Assembly (NCBI RefSeq): GCF_009914755.1
Contig: NC_060929.1
Origin: the human T2T-CHM13v2.0 reference genome, Homo sapiens
DNA length: 64,000 bases
Strand: one strand, 5' to 3'
The notes under the pieces are model-generated. The model was not told the origin of the DNA. It saw nothing but the letters and a program-made list of their open reading frames with translations, and made no database searches. A program made the position numbers and the translations under genes. Within the stretch, counting starts at the first letter, position 1. Each line of letters starts with the position of its first letter. This document shows positions 30,269-43,760 of this stretch, one piece after another.

Positions 30269-30540
30269 CAGTGTCTTACCAAGGGTATGGGAGATGGAAG
30301 GGGGTTTGGAGAAGAGCAGTCAGTCCTGGGCAGGTAACAAAGGGGTACGTTGTCTGTGGAGAATTTAAAAACTATAATAAAAATGACTAGAAGTCAGCCT
30401 GCTTTGTATTATCACTGTGCTTCTACAATTTTAAATGATGTCAGTAACAAAATACTCCTTCCATCCATGGAAAGTTGTTCCCCCTTTCTACCCTCACAAC
30501 ACTTACACACATATACTCCCTTACACCTTGTTATACTATG
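30269..30540 (+). mobile_element. MER97-like hAT-Tip100 non-autonomous element
   Basis: cagtgtcttaccaaggg...ttgtctgtggagaatttaaaaactataataaaa...gtcagtaacaaaatactcc. Confidence 0.55.
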
Positions 30541-30909
30541 ACTCAGTGTATACCTTAGTTATGGCATACATCAGCCCCCTTGCCTTATAGTATTAACTCC
30601 CAGACTATGAGTTCTTAATGTCAAACTTAACTACGGCTGATCTTTGCCCTCTCCTTTTCATCTCTGTATGATCCTTATTAAAGTAGCTGATCCAGAGTAG
30701 ACACCAATAATTTTTAGTTGAAGAAATAAAGGACTGTAATTCAGTTCTTCATCCACGTGTGGGAGTAGCTAATTAGCACAGAAATAATAAAGTCTTCCAT
30801 CCCCAAAGCTCAACCAATGTCCCAAATCAATGCCATTATGATTCCCTCAAATGTGTTTCTCTTAGTTTTCCACATAGTTATTAAGTCAAAACTTCACTTT
30901 TTCTGGTGA

Positions 30910-31640
30910 TGTGGTTCAGAATACACTAACCCAAAATATGACTGTAGGAGACCAGAATATTTTTACTAAAAAGCCAGGGGTTTAGTTTAGGTCCCATTGC
31001 TTGTCCCACAGAAAGCCAATCACCAGCGCAACAAGTATTGCCAGGGAAGAAGGCTTTTTATTTGGGGGACTTCAGCTGAAGAAGTGAGAGCCAAACCTCA
31101 AATTTGTCTCTCCCACTTGACTAAATTTGGGGTTTATATGGTAGGGAAGGAATATAGCTATGTTCAGAGAAAACAGGAATCAGAAACAAGTAAGAAAGCA
31201 ATCAAGATGGATGAGGGGCCTGGCTTCTCATTGTCTGGATTTGAGGAGTTGCAGTTTTTGCCGGAGGGTTGGTTTCCTGAGGAAGGAAATAGAGCAAGAC
31301 AAATTTAAGTTTCAAGTTTTAAAACCAGGGAGAGTCAATTTCTATGTTTATTAAAAAAAAAACAAACATAAACATTAGTTCCATGGGACAATTGAGCCAG
31401 TTTTGATATGCCACCCCAAATAAGCCTCTTTGGCATATGGATTATTTTGAGCTAGTTATTTTGAGAAATTGCTGACTAAGGAGTAGTTCCAAAATGTTAT
31501 CCTTTGCTTAGAGAAATTTACATCTATCAGGAAATCTCCATGTATAAGAGTGTCTCCCTTTCTGCACCAGGAAAAGTAGGCTGACTAAATCACTAGAGAT
31601 TCTTAATCAATGGAAAAGTTATCAACTTAAATCTGTCCAA
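30910..31640 (+). mobile_element. MER34/MER39-type ERV1 LTR fragment, interrupted
   Basis: tgtaggagaccagaatat | atatgccaccccaaataagcctctttggcatatggattattttgagct. Confidence 0.6.
30961..31405 (-). mobile_element. ERV1 (MER4-group) solo LTR nested in the MER34-like LTR
   Basis: ccaggggtttagtttaggtcc...acagaaagccaatcac...gtattgccagggaagaaggcttt. Flanked by a 4-bp duplication atat (30957-30960 and 31406-31409). Confidence 0.6.
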
Positions 31641-32184
31641 AAATCCTTACCAAAGGCACCTGGTGTAAGGGGGAAGTGGTCCTGAGTATCAGCATGTGCT
31701 CAGCCTATCAAGCAGTGTGTCTGGTGCCAGGAGGTGATGTTCTGTCTCAAGGTGATATATCTATCTTCTCACAGATGTCCTGCAGAGTTGGCTTTTTTTG
31801 ATTCACAATCAAGAGAATGGTGAAAAGTCTGAATGAGAGAAGAGAAGGGAAAGGGCTAGAGGAGCAGATGGCTAGGACTGAGAAAGGAGTCTTTTAGGAG
31901 AGTTAGGGTGAGAAAGGACCAAAGTGGCCACAGGTTGGGAAGGAAGGGCTAGGGGAGAAATGGGATTTTTAAGAAGCATTGCTCAAATATAGAACCTGAG
32001 CTACTTTGAAATTTCTTTTGATTGCTAGGCTATGTTTTCTTTGTCTGCCATAGTGTTAGCAAAATCACTTTACATTTCAGACTCTATGTCTCAATTTAAG
32101 TAGGTAAACCATCAGTTAAAGTCTGTAACTGCCTTCCAGGTCAGTGTGTCTGGGACAATGAAGGAATCCATTCATCTTTGAATT

Positions 32185-32365
32185 CACCAGCTATTTGACC
32201 TTGAGAAAGTTAACACTTTTTCAAAGGTCTGCTTTTTTCATCTGCAAACTAAGGTAATAATGGCACCTCTCCCATGAAGTGATTGTGAGGATTAAGTGAA
32301 ATCACGTATGAAGGAAGCTCTCTGCTCAGCCTTTGTCAAAGAGGGAGTGCTAAATAAATGATAAC
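32185..32365 (+). mobile_element. MIR
   Basis: tgaccttgagaaagtta...tcatctgcaaac...gattgtgaggattaagtgaaatcacgtatg. Confidence 0.65.
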
Positions 32366-33256
32366 GTCCTGTTATTGTTTATGTTGTTAGAATAATGAAA
32401 ATCAAGCAGAATTCTTGGCAGTCTCAAAGAAAAATTATGTGTCCTAGCAAACTAGATGGAGCCAAGAAGAACCCCTGGGGCTAACTGAATTACAGTGACT
32501 GGAATCAAAACATTCTACTCCTTGCAGTGGTTCCTGTCATCTGCAGACGTAACATATTTTTATTTCTAACTGCAAACATGTCATATTTTCCCTAAATAGT
32601 AGTTTCTTATGTTAAGCATTTCATATAATTTTAACATTATTCTGTATCTCATTAGCTTAAGTTTTTTTTCTTCCATATTCCATCTTGTATGCTTGCTTCT
32701 ACTCAATCTTCCTTCCATCAAAATAATATAAAGACTGTAAAACTCCTCCAAATTTGAATTCAGTGATGAAAATGAGCTTAACATCCCAGCTCTTTTCTCT
32801 CACAATCGTTGCCCTTTCTGTACTGCTCCTTACCTTACACCTTAGACATTTCACCTGAGAATGACTTGCTCCTCAAGATCTCAGCTCTTTCACCTTCAGA
32901 GGTAAAAGAGGGAGAGTCCTTTAATCAGTTGAATCTTCTTGTCTCATAAGGAAGCAATAGCAATAACAACAAAACCACACTGCCTCAACAGCTAGTTGTA
33001 ATTAGAAGCCAGATACAACTTAAAATAAAATTCAAACAAATAAAAAAAACACTGGGACAAAAGCTCTTTGAGCCATTGTGGTCCAAGGCACTGCTTTCCT
33101 TTCGCTTTCTCCTACAGCTTGCTCTTTGCTTGTTGTGTTGCAGAGTTCTGTCCTCTCACACCATTTCCATAGGTGCATTGTTCTTAATCAATGGTCTGAG
33201 GACAGTAGCACAAAAGCTTTCATCCTGGAGTCCATGAATTTCAAAACTTTTAACGA

Positions 33257-33278
33257 TGTGTGTGTGTGTGTGTGTGTG
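33257..33278. repeat. (TG)11 microsatellite
   Basis: Counted from the sequence. Confidence 0.92.
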
Positions 33279-33882
33279 TATTCGTGTGCACAGGCAGATA
33301 TTTTCTGGGAAAAGGATCCTATCTATCAGCAAAATCCCAGATGCCTCTCCAAAGTAAGTCATACTTTGCAGGACTTAGATGGTTTATCCAACTCTTAATT
33401 CCATTTACTTGTTTTCTTCCTGCTTTTCTCATTGCACTTACACTACTTTCACACACTAATGGTTCTATGTAAGCATTTTAGATTTCAAAGCAGAAATATT
33501 TCTTTCTTTTTCACTACTGACTGAGAGGATTATCTTTTAGTTCAATGCCTATATAGTAGGCATTTCAATTCAAATGACATTTTCAAACAGTGCAATGCCT
33601 GGTGATACAAGAGAGAATTAGGCATGACTTCTGCTGTCCATGAGCTTATAATATAACAGGAAGGCAGATAATGTTAAAGAAAAACAACTACAGTAGCAGC
33701 AATGAAGAATTAAACATGGAGAGTTATAAGAAGGATAGATGAGGAGGTTCTAAATGTGCCCAGGAAAGTTAGGATAAACCTGTTGAAATAGGTGACATTC
33801 AAATGTGTCTGGAAAGTCCTTGGTGAGTTTTATAGGGAAAACAGGTAGGAAAGAACATTCCTGGCAGAAATGGAAGCAACGG

Positions 33883-34242
33883 TGACACAGTTTTGCTCTG
33901 TGTCCCCACCCAAATCTTATCTCGAATTGTAATCCCCATGTGTTGAGGGAGGGACCTAGCAGGTGGTCATTAGATCATGGGGGCGGTTTCCCCTGTGCTG
34001 TTCTTGTGATAGTGAGTCCTCAAGAAATCTGATGGCTTAAAAGTGGCACTTCCTCCTTTACTCTGTCTCTCTCCTGCCGCCATGTATGATGTACCTTGCT
34101 TCCCCTTCCCCTTCTGCCATGATTGTAAGTTTCCTGAGGCCTCCCTGTTCATGTGGAACTGTGAGTCAATTAAACCTCTTTCTCTTATAAATTACCCAGT
34201 CTTAGGTATTTCTTTATGGCAGTGTGAAAGTGGACTAATACA
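33883..34242 (+). mobile_element. THE1 (MaLR) solo LTR
   Basis: tgacacagttttgctctgtgtccccacccaaatct...ccatgattgtaagtttcctgaggcctccc...ggactaataca. TSD aacgg/aacag. Confidence 0.9.
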
Positions 34243-37200
34243 AACAGTTAGTTTTGGTATCTCTGAGGCCTGAGGTGAATGTAGGTGTGGTGGGACCTGG
34301 GACTGGAAGGTCACACTGGAGTCATGTGAACGATCCCAGTTGAATGACCTGGGACATCAAGCCAAATCATATACGCATATATATGGGCATGTGTGTGTGT
34401 GTGTGCACATGTGTGTGTGGTGTGTGTGTTGCATCCTTATCTATGTGCCTATGCAGAGAAAGTATACTTTGGGTAGAAGTCTGCTAAGTTGCCAAGCAGT
34501 TCCAAGGCTGTGGAAGACAGGAAGGCAGAAGTTGAGCAGAAACAGACCATTCGGGAACTGAGGAGTACAGCATCTGAGGCCTAGAAATACAGGTCCAAGT
34601 TCAAGTTGGAGATGGAAACAGTTCCCTGAGGCATGAGAGAGGACAGGAATCTGCCAGAAGTTAAATTTGTTATATACATTATTCAATTCTATGAACATTT
34701 AAAAAGGCATCATGAATATAGATCCTTAAACATTTCTGTTTGTTATTTAAACTGGGCTCTTTCAGCTTATTTTGTCAGGAAGATTCCTGAGTTTTGTGAA
34801 GAGCATTGTGCAGAGTGCACATGGATTAAGTCATGTAATTATGTTCTTAATGAAACCCTATTATGCACTGATAAAGGTCAAACATAAAATGACTATTTTT
34901 GAAAAGGTGACTTTCACATAATTCCATTATATTTTAATAAGTAGCATGGTAGTAGACACTTCATTCTGAGCACATCTTAAGTGCTTTTGCAAACAGGCCT
35001 ACATGTTATTTTCACTGATAAACACAGTACTGAGGGCAAAGCTTACAGGCCAATTCTGAGACTAAACATCGTAGTTGTTTGTATGTTACAACACTCTGTG
35101 AAAGAAGCCTTTGCCCAGGGCTTTTTAGAGCTAGTTTAGCTGTCAAATAAAGTTACTAAATGGACTTTTAATATACTGTTTATATCAGAACCTTAGGATA
35201 AGGTTGCAGGTATCCGAAAATTGGCTGTTGGAGCAAGATAAATGTGTCTGTTATCACTGTTCAAGGGACTACATTTGAATCATTGTTTTAATTTGCAGAA
35301 CTGAAGTATTTTTAGGGAGGTGCAGATAAAATAAAACTGAATTAAGTTTAGTGGGCAGAGTAACTGTGGAAAGGTTTTTGCTCTAAAAATGGGTTTTACC
35401 TAAGGCCCTTTTCATGATAAAGATTAAAAATTTTATAGGCTGATGTTTTATTTGCCTTTTAGTTTTTGTTTTTCTTTTTCTCTGCCGAGTAATATCTACT
35501 AGTTGTCTTTCATGATGACACTTGTTTCTTCCATTGTTACTTTGATGATTTTGTCTGAGCATGTGGCTGGTGCATGGGTTTAAATCAGGAAACCCCAGGG
35601 TCTTGCAGGAAGCAGGATATGTGTTAATGTTTTATAGGATATCACAGAATGACAGAATGTAGGATTTATTAAAAATGTGGGGAGGTTTTTGAGGGAACCA
35701 CCATCTGGAAGTAGCTTTTCTCCTACAAAAGCCTACAATACACTGCAGAAATTGTGACCAGTAGAGCCACAGAGAGAAAAAGCCTTCCAGAAAGCCCCAG
35801 GAAGTACATTTGCAGATAAGAATTACCAGAGAGTAAACCTCTTAAGAGTCTGGCCTTCACAGGCCTCTAGATATATTAGATACAGACTTTTACCAGAAAA
35901 ACTGAACCGTGTTAATAATGGCTGAAAGATATTTCTCCATCTTTGGTATATAAACCTTAACACAAAGATGTAATACATTCAGCGCAGGCTAGTGTGTGAC
36001 ACAGAAGAGGAGAAGCAGACAATCCAGACTTTAAAGTCACGGCAGAAGAAAACCTGGGCAGAACCTTTCTCCAAACCTATCTCCTTGAAGGACAGGGATA
36101 TCTTTAAGGTCCAAGTGTAGAGAACTTGACTAGATTTAGGTAGATCTTTATAGATTTTTGCTTGGGTACTGGGTTGAAGAAATTATTGTAGCCACTGGCA
36201 GTGGAATTTCTGTTAAAGAGGAAGGTGTCTGTATTTAGGGAAATAATCTGTGAAATGGCTTGGGGTAAAAGATGAGAGCTTGGAGCCAGTCAACTGAAAA
36301 AATGGCATAGTGGTTGTGCATTAGGAATAAACAGGGATTTAGGGGAGAAGAGATTCACAATAGAAAAGTAGTGGCATGGATGAAGGACACATAGCAAAGA
36401 CATTTCAGAATAGATATTCCTAAGGTTCACTTTCAAGTTTTGTTGTCATGCTTTGAATGTCTTTCTAGCTCACAAAGATGGTTAATGGAGTCTATTGTGT
36501 ACCCCCAAGCCTTTGTGTAATTGCTAAGACAAAACTTTTCTTTGGTTATTGGAGGTGTATGCAAAAGATAAAAGAATAAAAATATATGTAAGTGTTCTGA
36601 CACTGATAAAGAACACTTTATCTCTTTAAGTACAGTTTTATGATGTTAAAATGTTAATCAGAATGTTTATCATATAGAGTCACATTTTAAAAGCAATTAA
36701 ATAAAGAAATTATATATATAATAGCTAGGCTTCATAGGATTAAAGAATTCTATTTAGAGGTTTTCTGCAACTGTGATTTTCTGGTTTTTATTTTCCTTTT
36801 TTGGTAATCCATTTGAAATCATTTCTGGACTTAAAAAATAACTTCACATAGTGGTTCAATGTGTCTTTATCCTACCTTTTATACAGCAAGTTATGATTGC
36901 TATTTAAAAAGCAATTTATTAGTTCAACGTTACACCTTGTCATAACCAATTAACTTTGGATGCTGGTGCTCTACTGTGATTTCTAAAACTTTATGTATCC
37001 CTTATATTGTTAAGTTGTATCCCTTACTTTGTTAGCTAAAAACATTTTGTTCATAAACGTCACCAGTTAGCAGTTTAACTCTCTACAAAGCTTTCTCTTG
37101 TTTAAATATGAAATCATAACTTATACTTTTATCCAGGGACTACTTATGTAGAAATACAGTTGTCTTAAATTGTGGATAAACCTCATCACATAAAATTATA

Positions 37201-37411
37201 GGATATTATACATTTCAAAATATTACCGTCCTCCCCTAACAAAATTTAGTTATAATCAAAACTATTGCCTTGTAGAAGAACCCTACTAGCTTGTTTAGAA
37301 ATGTTTTTCTCCTAAAGACAAAGACTAGGTCAGTGTTAGTTCAAAAAGATCAATTAGACAGTTGGTATGTGGCACTCAATGCTAAACACTTTTTACATAA
37401 AGATGGTATAA

Positions 37412-37576
37412 AGCTGGGCTCTGTGGCTCACACCTGTAATCCAAGCTACTTGGGAGACTGAGGTGGAAGAATCCTTTGAGCCTAGGAGTTTGAGTTCGAG
37501 GCTGCAGTGAGTTATGATTGAGCCACTGCATTTCATTCCAGCCTGGGCAGCAGAGTGAGACCCTGTCTCTAAAAAA
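37412..37576 (+). mobile_element. Alu monomer (FAM/FRAM-like)
   Basis: Single 7SL-derived unit with gagttcgaggctgcagtgagttatgat and a short A tail. Confidence 0.85.
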
Positions 37577-38730
37577 GAGTTTTAAAGGTAAAATATAATA
37601 AATAAAAATTATCCAAGTAGTCACATTTTTAAAAGTGATTAAATCAATGCATCTTGGCACATATCAGGTTTTTAAAAATTGTTTTCTTTGTAGCCTAATC
37701 TTGAGTTGCTTGAGCAAATTTGTTTTGTATCTATTACTGCTAACCTTATAAGCCCATTTTTTCAGCATTTCACAAGGAGCAGCAGTCCTATATTATCATG
37801 ATGTTGTTGTCAACACTAAAGGTTTATAATGTAATTTGTAACTGCAGGAAGTATTCCTGTTCTCAACACTTTAAAAAATGTGTACACATGAAAAAAATTA
37901 GTTTTCTCATCAATGTTGATAGAGAAATTGTTTACTTAAAATACTTGTTTCTTCAAGGTGTTGATAGTTATTCCATGAAGCTATTTGAGTAAATGCATAG
38001 TTTTATATTTTTGTTTGAAGAGAATGCATAAAAAAGAGCTGTTAAAATTTAAGGTATTTTATTATCATGGCTTATTTGTTTCAGAATCTAGAAAAACAAG
38101 TCATTTGACCTATAAAATGAATTATGAAGGTAAATTAACTCTGTGGAAGTCACAAAAATCCTCATTTGGGCATTGCATTTCTGAACAGTGATGGTGCAGA
38201 TGTGCTTTTTTGATATTACTACAGTAATTGTATAGTATTCCTTATAACAGGAATGATGATACAGGGCTGGCTGCTTCTGATTTCTCTGCAGGGCTGCAGA
38301 GAAAAAAATTTATAAACCAGAATTTTTAATTTTTGGCTCAAGGCATGGTCAGAGGATCAGGAGTATCTTAAAATATATTTTTTATCTCTGATAACCACAG
38401 GGCTGTTGCACCTAACATAAGACCAGGGAGTTGCTGATGATTAAAAAAGTTGAATTTACAAATTTACTGGATCTCTTCTGTGGGTGAGAAGGAGGAAAAT
38501 AGGATTGGAAGGAAACATTTATATTAGCTTGGGTCATACTGAGTGTCCCAAACCCAGTCCCCACAGCACCTCCTCTGCCAGCAGCAGCAGCAGCATCTCC
38601 TTTCTTGATGCATGAAGCTGGTCCTGCTTGCCTGGTAACCTGAAACAACCTTATCTGAAATGGTTATGCTGCAAAGGCAGTGCTGACTTTTCTCACGGCC
38701 TACCTTTTGCTATCTCTCATTGCTTCCAAA

Positions 38731-39193
38731 TGATGGGGTACAGGAAGCCCTACCCCCAAATAAGGCATCTTGGCATACTGAGAATTTTAAGCTGAAGGAA
38801 CTGAGAAAATGTAGAAGCAGAAATGTTTCCCTGACCTTCTACTCCTTCCCGCCTGACAGGTGTCCTGCCTTATACCTGGAGGATAGGAATGTTAACATAC
38901 AGAGGCAAAGAAGAGTCGGACTAGGGTCTCCCAATTTCTTACCACTAGATCATATCCCCTTTTTGTCTAATCATACTTATACAAGAATGTCTGTTCTTTA
39001 TCAAACTGACGCATAAAAATACTTTCACCTGGGTCTTCGGGTCTTCATTTCTATAGGATTTCTTGTCACATAAAACTTTGATTAAATAGATTTGTTATGC
39101 TATTCTCTTGTTAATCTGTCTTTTGTTATAGGAGTGTCAGCCATGAAACTTGCATTGGACGGGTGAGAAAAGATTCTACTTTTCTCCCCTACA
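38731..39193 (+). mobile_element. MER31-type ERV1 solo LTR
   Basis: TG...CA termini (tgatggggtacagg...ctcccctaca), internal ttggcatactgagaattttaagctgaaggaa. 4-bp TSD caaa at 38727-38730 and 39194-39197. Confidence 0.8.
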
Positions 39194-39309
39194 CAAATCT
39201 ATATCTAGAGTCAGGTTCCAGCAAGACCCAGGAAGAAATACAAAATGTGACTTGAGAGGAGAATGATGACAAAAAGACTTGCAAGATTTTGACAGTTCAT
39301 GTAATCAAA

Positions 39310-40077
<768 letters not shown>

Positions 40078-40372
40078 ACTATGACTTGAATGTTCATCCC
40101 CTCCAAAACTACTGTGCTTGAAACTTAATCATCAATGCAACAGCACTGGGAGGTAGGGCCTAATGGGAAATGTTTAGGTCATGAGGACTCTGCCTTCATG
40201 AATGTACTAATGCCACAATAAAAAGGCATTAGGAGTGGGTTCACCCCCTTCTGCTATTCTGCTATGTGAGGAACAGCGTTCCTCCCCTTCCAAGGACACA
40301 ACGTTCAAGGCACCATTCTGGAAACAGAGACTGGGCTGTTACCAGACACCAAGCCTGGTGGTACCTTGACCT
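40078..40372 (+). mobile_element. MST-type MaLR LTR, 3'-truncated
   Basis: ctatgacttgaatgtt...cccctccaaaact...gaaacttaatc...tttaggtcatgaggactctgcc...caaggcaccattctggaa...accagacacc. Confidence 0.7.
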
Positions 40373-40439
40373 TTTTGTCATACTGGCATTGTTGACTTTC
40401 ATTTGTGGTGAATTGGGTTGGATTTTGGTGAAAGAAATG

Positions 40440-42930
40440 CACTGGTGGGTACAATATCTAGGTGTTTCAGATTCAGGGAGAAATTCTAATAAGGGCCATG
40501 AAAAGATATGGCTGCTGATGGGGGCCATTGATGAATTAGAGAAAGACAAAGAAAAACTGAGAGTAATTAATCATCAATCAAAAGTAAATTGTGAAATTCA
40601 GGAGATATCCTTGGAAGCACATAAAGAAACTCTCACTTCTGTTACTGTAAGGCAGAAAAAGCTAAGGATCAGGCTCAGGACTTAATTAGAAGAGTAGCAA
40701 AGCTTCAGAGAAGATATGTTGAAATTCTACTCCCAGCAAGTCTGTGTGTCAAAGTCTGGGCCAGCACAGGGAAAGCATGGGGTCTTGAGAGTGGAGTTTG
40801 ATGAAATGATGTACTTTCATCAATTCTACCTCTGCTAGTGGAAATTGGATCAATTGCCAGAGATGAGTCACAACATAACCTGGCTAGGAAAGTGCGGGGT
40901 GTACTAGGGAAGGAAAAGCTCTGTACCTGGAAGAAGCTATGGGACTTAGCTGACATATACCAGTAGGAGTTGGGACCTGATGAATTGGGCAGGATTTTGA
41001 GCATGCTGTATAAGGAGAGTAGAATGTGAAGTTGAGTAAGAGATAGTTTTTTCAACACGGGAACAGCCTCCTATGATACAAGATTCAACACCCTGACAAT
41101 GACCTGGGAGATACTGTCAACACTCTGTAACGACAGCTCTTACAAGTTTGGGAAAAATAATGGCCCACACTAAGTAAAGTGTAAGTGTCAGAACTGCTGA
41201 AACAACTAGTGGAAAAAGATGAGGTCCAAGGCTTAAAGTGGGCATGCTATGTAGATGTATTAGGTAAGGACAGAAAACACACCAGCTGGAGCTTTCCAGA
41301 GGAAACTCCAGGTATGACGGATTTTGGGATGGTAAGTCCTATCACATTACCATTTAACTCACCTGTTTTGCTCATTAAGCTCACAGATGATTCTGTTAAA
41401 TAACAGTGCATTATTGTAAGCTTAATAAAATAAGTGACTTCAGATGCAGCTGATGTTCCAAGTTTCTTCACTAGAATAATCAACAGAACCCTGCACCTGA
41501 TAAGCACTTATCAAGTTAGCAAGACTTCCCCGCAATTTATTTTAACCTGAGCTTGCCGGAGCAGTTTTCTTTTATTTGACAGAGACTGTGCATCTTCATC
41601 GTTTTACATCAGGGCTACATCAAATAGTCTGAGTCCATGTCATATTTCAGTCCACAGAGACATTGATCACCTCTCCATAACACGAGGCATCTTCCTAGGA
41701 CATTATTGACATTCATGGTAAGCCAGAGAGTAACAAACATCCTAGACCCCTTGGTAAGACATTTACATAGCAGAGGGTGAAATATAATCACATAAAAATT
41801 CAGATACCTGCCACTGAAATGAAGTTTCAGGATAGTCCAGTGGCCAAGGCATGAAAAGATAGTCTCTCCAAAGTGAAACATGAGTTCTTATACCTTAGAC
41901 TCCTTATTATTCGAAAGGGACACAGCATGTGGGAGCAATATATCCCACATTTGGGTGCATTGCTCCAATTCACTTAATGAGAAGTACATAAAACTATAAA
42001 GTTTTAGAGTCCTGGTAGAGACTGAACTCATAACTAATGGATTGTAAGTATCTATGTGGCCTGAAATACTCTTCATGAACTGCGTATTTCTGATTCAGCA
42101 AATCATAGAATTGGATCAAGCCATCATTAAATGAAAGGAGTATATAGGAAATTGGGCTTAGACAGGTCTTGAAGGCATGAAAAAGTTATACAAGTAGATG
42201 GCTCAGCCACCCAGTGCAACCATTTGTTTGGCATTACCACCCCTGCCTCAGTCAATGTTTGTGACACATTTACTAAGGAAGAAAATATTTATGTCTGTTT
42301 TATAGGTGATTGTACCAGAAATAGACAGAAGTGGACTGTCATGGTATTATAGTCCTATTCAAGAGTGGCTCCCAAGCAGAGAAGGGAAACGAAATCCTTT
42401 CAGTGGGCAAATGTTCATCTATGTATCTTTCTGGTTTTCCTTTTTGCTGGAAGATAATATAAGCACACATATGAACATACACTGCTTTATGGGTTGTGGC
42501 TATGAATAGGTCAAGATAGTCAGAGGCCAGATAGCCCCTGAATCTTGGAAATCAGTATATGAATAAACCTCTCACAAGTGGTTCATGGGAATGTCACAAA
42601 AGTAAACTCACTGCAAAGGAGGCTCTTAATAACCAGGTGGATAGGATAGCCCATTCTATTCAGATTATTTAGCTTCCTCCCCCTACTATTCTGGTGCCTG
42701 ATCAATGACTTATCAACAAAGACATCATGGTGGCAAGAGTGGAGATTATGCTGGGTTCAACAATCTGGGCTTTCACCAATCCTGGCCTGGCTATCATCAC
42801 TGTGAATTTAAGTCTGTCAACAGTGGAGAGAAATACTGAGCCGCTAATAAGAAACTATAAGCTGTTAGAACCAACCAGCAACCTGGTTCCATTATGGAGG
42901 GGGAAGCAACTCATCCTCACTGGAATAGAT
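40440..42930 (+). mobile_element. Degenerate ERV-L internal region (gag, RT, RNase H, start of integrase)
   Basis: Fragments: IWLLMGAIDELEKDKEKLR and AQDLIRRVAKLQR (gag), WPTLSKV, GMVSPITLPFNSPVLLIKLTDDS (RT), QGYI, LDPLVRHLHSRG, QYIPHLGALL, LVETE, ALNNQVDRIA, PLWRGKQLILTGID (IN). These are collinear with ERV-L gag-pol as I recall it, with many stops and frameshifts. Confidence 0.8.
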
Positions 42931-43419
42931 AATTGGGTTGTATCCAGTTTATGTACTTCCTCAGATTTTCTTGGCCCCACCCGTCCCACTTGTTTGCTCA
43001 ATGGAATGCTCCCGTCTCGTCATCACTACCATTGTCTCATCTCAACTCCTGCATGCTTTCCACCCTTCCTTGAATGAGGGCAAAGGGGAAGCCTACTTTT
43101 CCCGCCATATTCAAACTAAATTGAAGCAACCTGCTTTGGAGCATGATATCTGGCTCCCCAGTGACTGCCCAGAGGCGCTAAGTAGTACAACTTGGAAGTG
43201 TGGGGGAGTTAATGCCTCAAATGGTGAATTTTGACCAGTAAGAGATAGGGAAACAGAAAGAAGCCACAGCATAATGAGTGCATATTTGTTTGCATAATAT
43301 TGGTGGGAGCATGTTGTTGATGCTATTTGTTGTTGTTTTTCTAAACAGGTATGCAAATATACATCTTGAGTATACATAGAAGGGTGTACATCTATGTTGA
43401 GTAGTCAAAAGGAAGGCTT

Positions 43420-43760
43420 GCTTTGGCTATGGTGGTTTGGCAGTCAATATTGATTTTAATCACCTGTGTTGCCTTCCTGTATATTGAAAACTAGAAATAT
43501 TTTCTTTACAGGTGCATTTCCAAGTCTTCCTTGCCATGGTGTTTTGCTATATAATTTCAGTTCCACTGAAAAGATTCAAAAGATGAAAGTATGGAGAAAG
43601 TTATTTTTCTGATTCTTTGACTTTCTGTTGGCAAGGACCATTTGGACACATTGAGATTTTTATGCACTGCTACAGTTTCTAGCCACTAATTTTCATGAAT
43701 ATTAAGAGCCAGCTGCAATTTGTGGCAGTGGTTTTCTCCCTGTATCACAGCTGTAGCAGT
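43420..43760 (+). mobile_element. LTR33-like LTR fragment, possible 3' LTR of the ERV-L relic
   Basis: Follows purine tract aaaaggaagg. Contains gcatttccaagtcttccttgcc...aatttcagttccac. Highly diverged. Confidence 0.35.

Noticed and set aside
38579-38595. (CAG)5 tract
   Set aside because: Too short and not in a coding context.
40266-40685. 139-aa ORF as a domesticated gag gene
   Set aside because: Non-ATG start inside an LTR, only the C-terminal part is gag-like, and downstream gag is frameshifted with stops.
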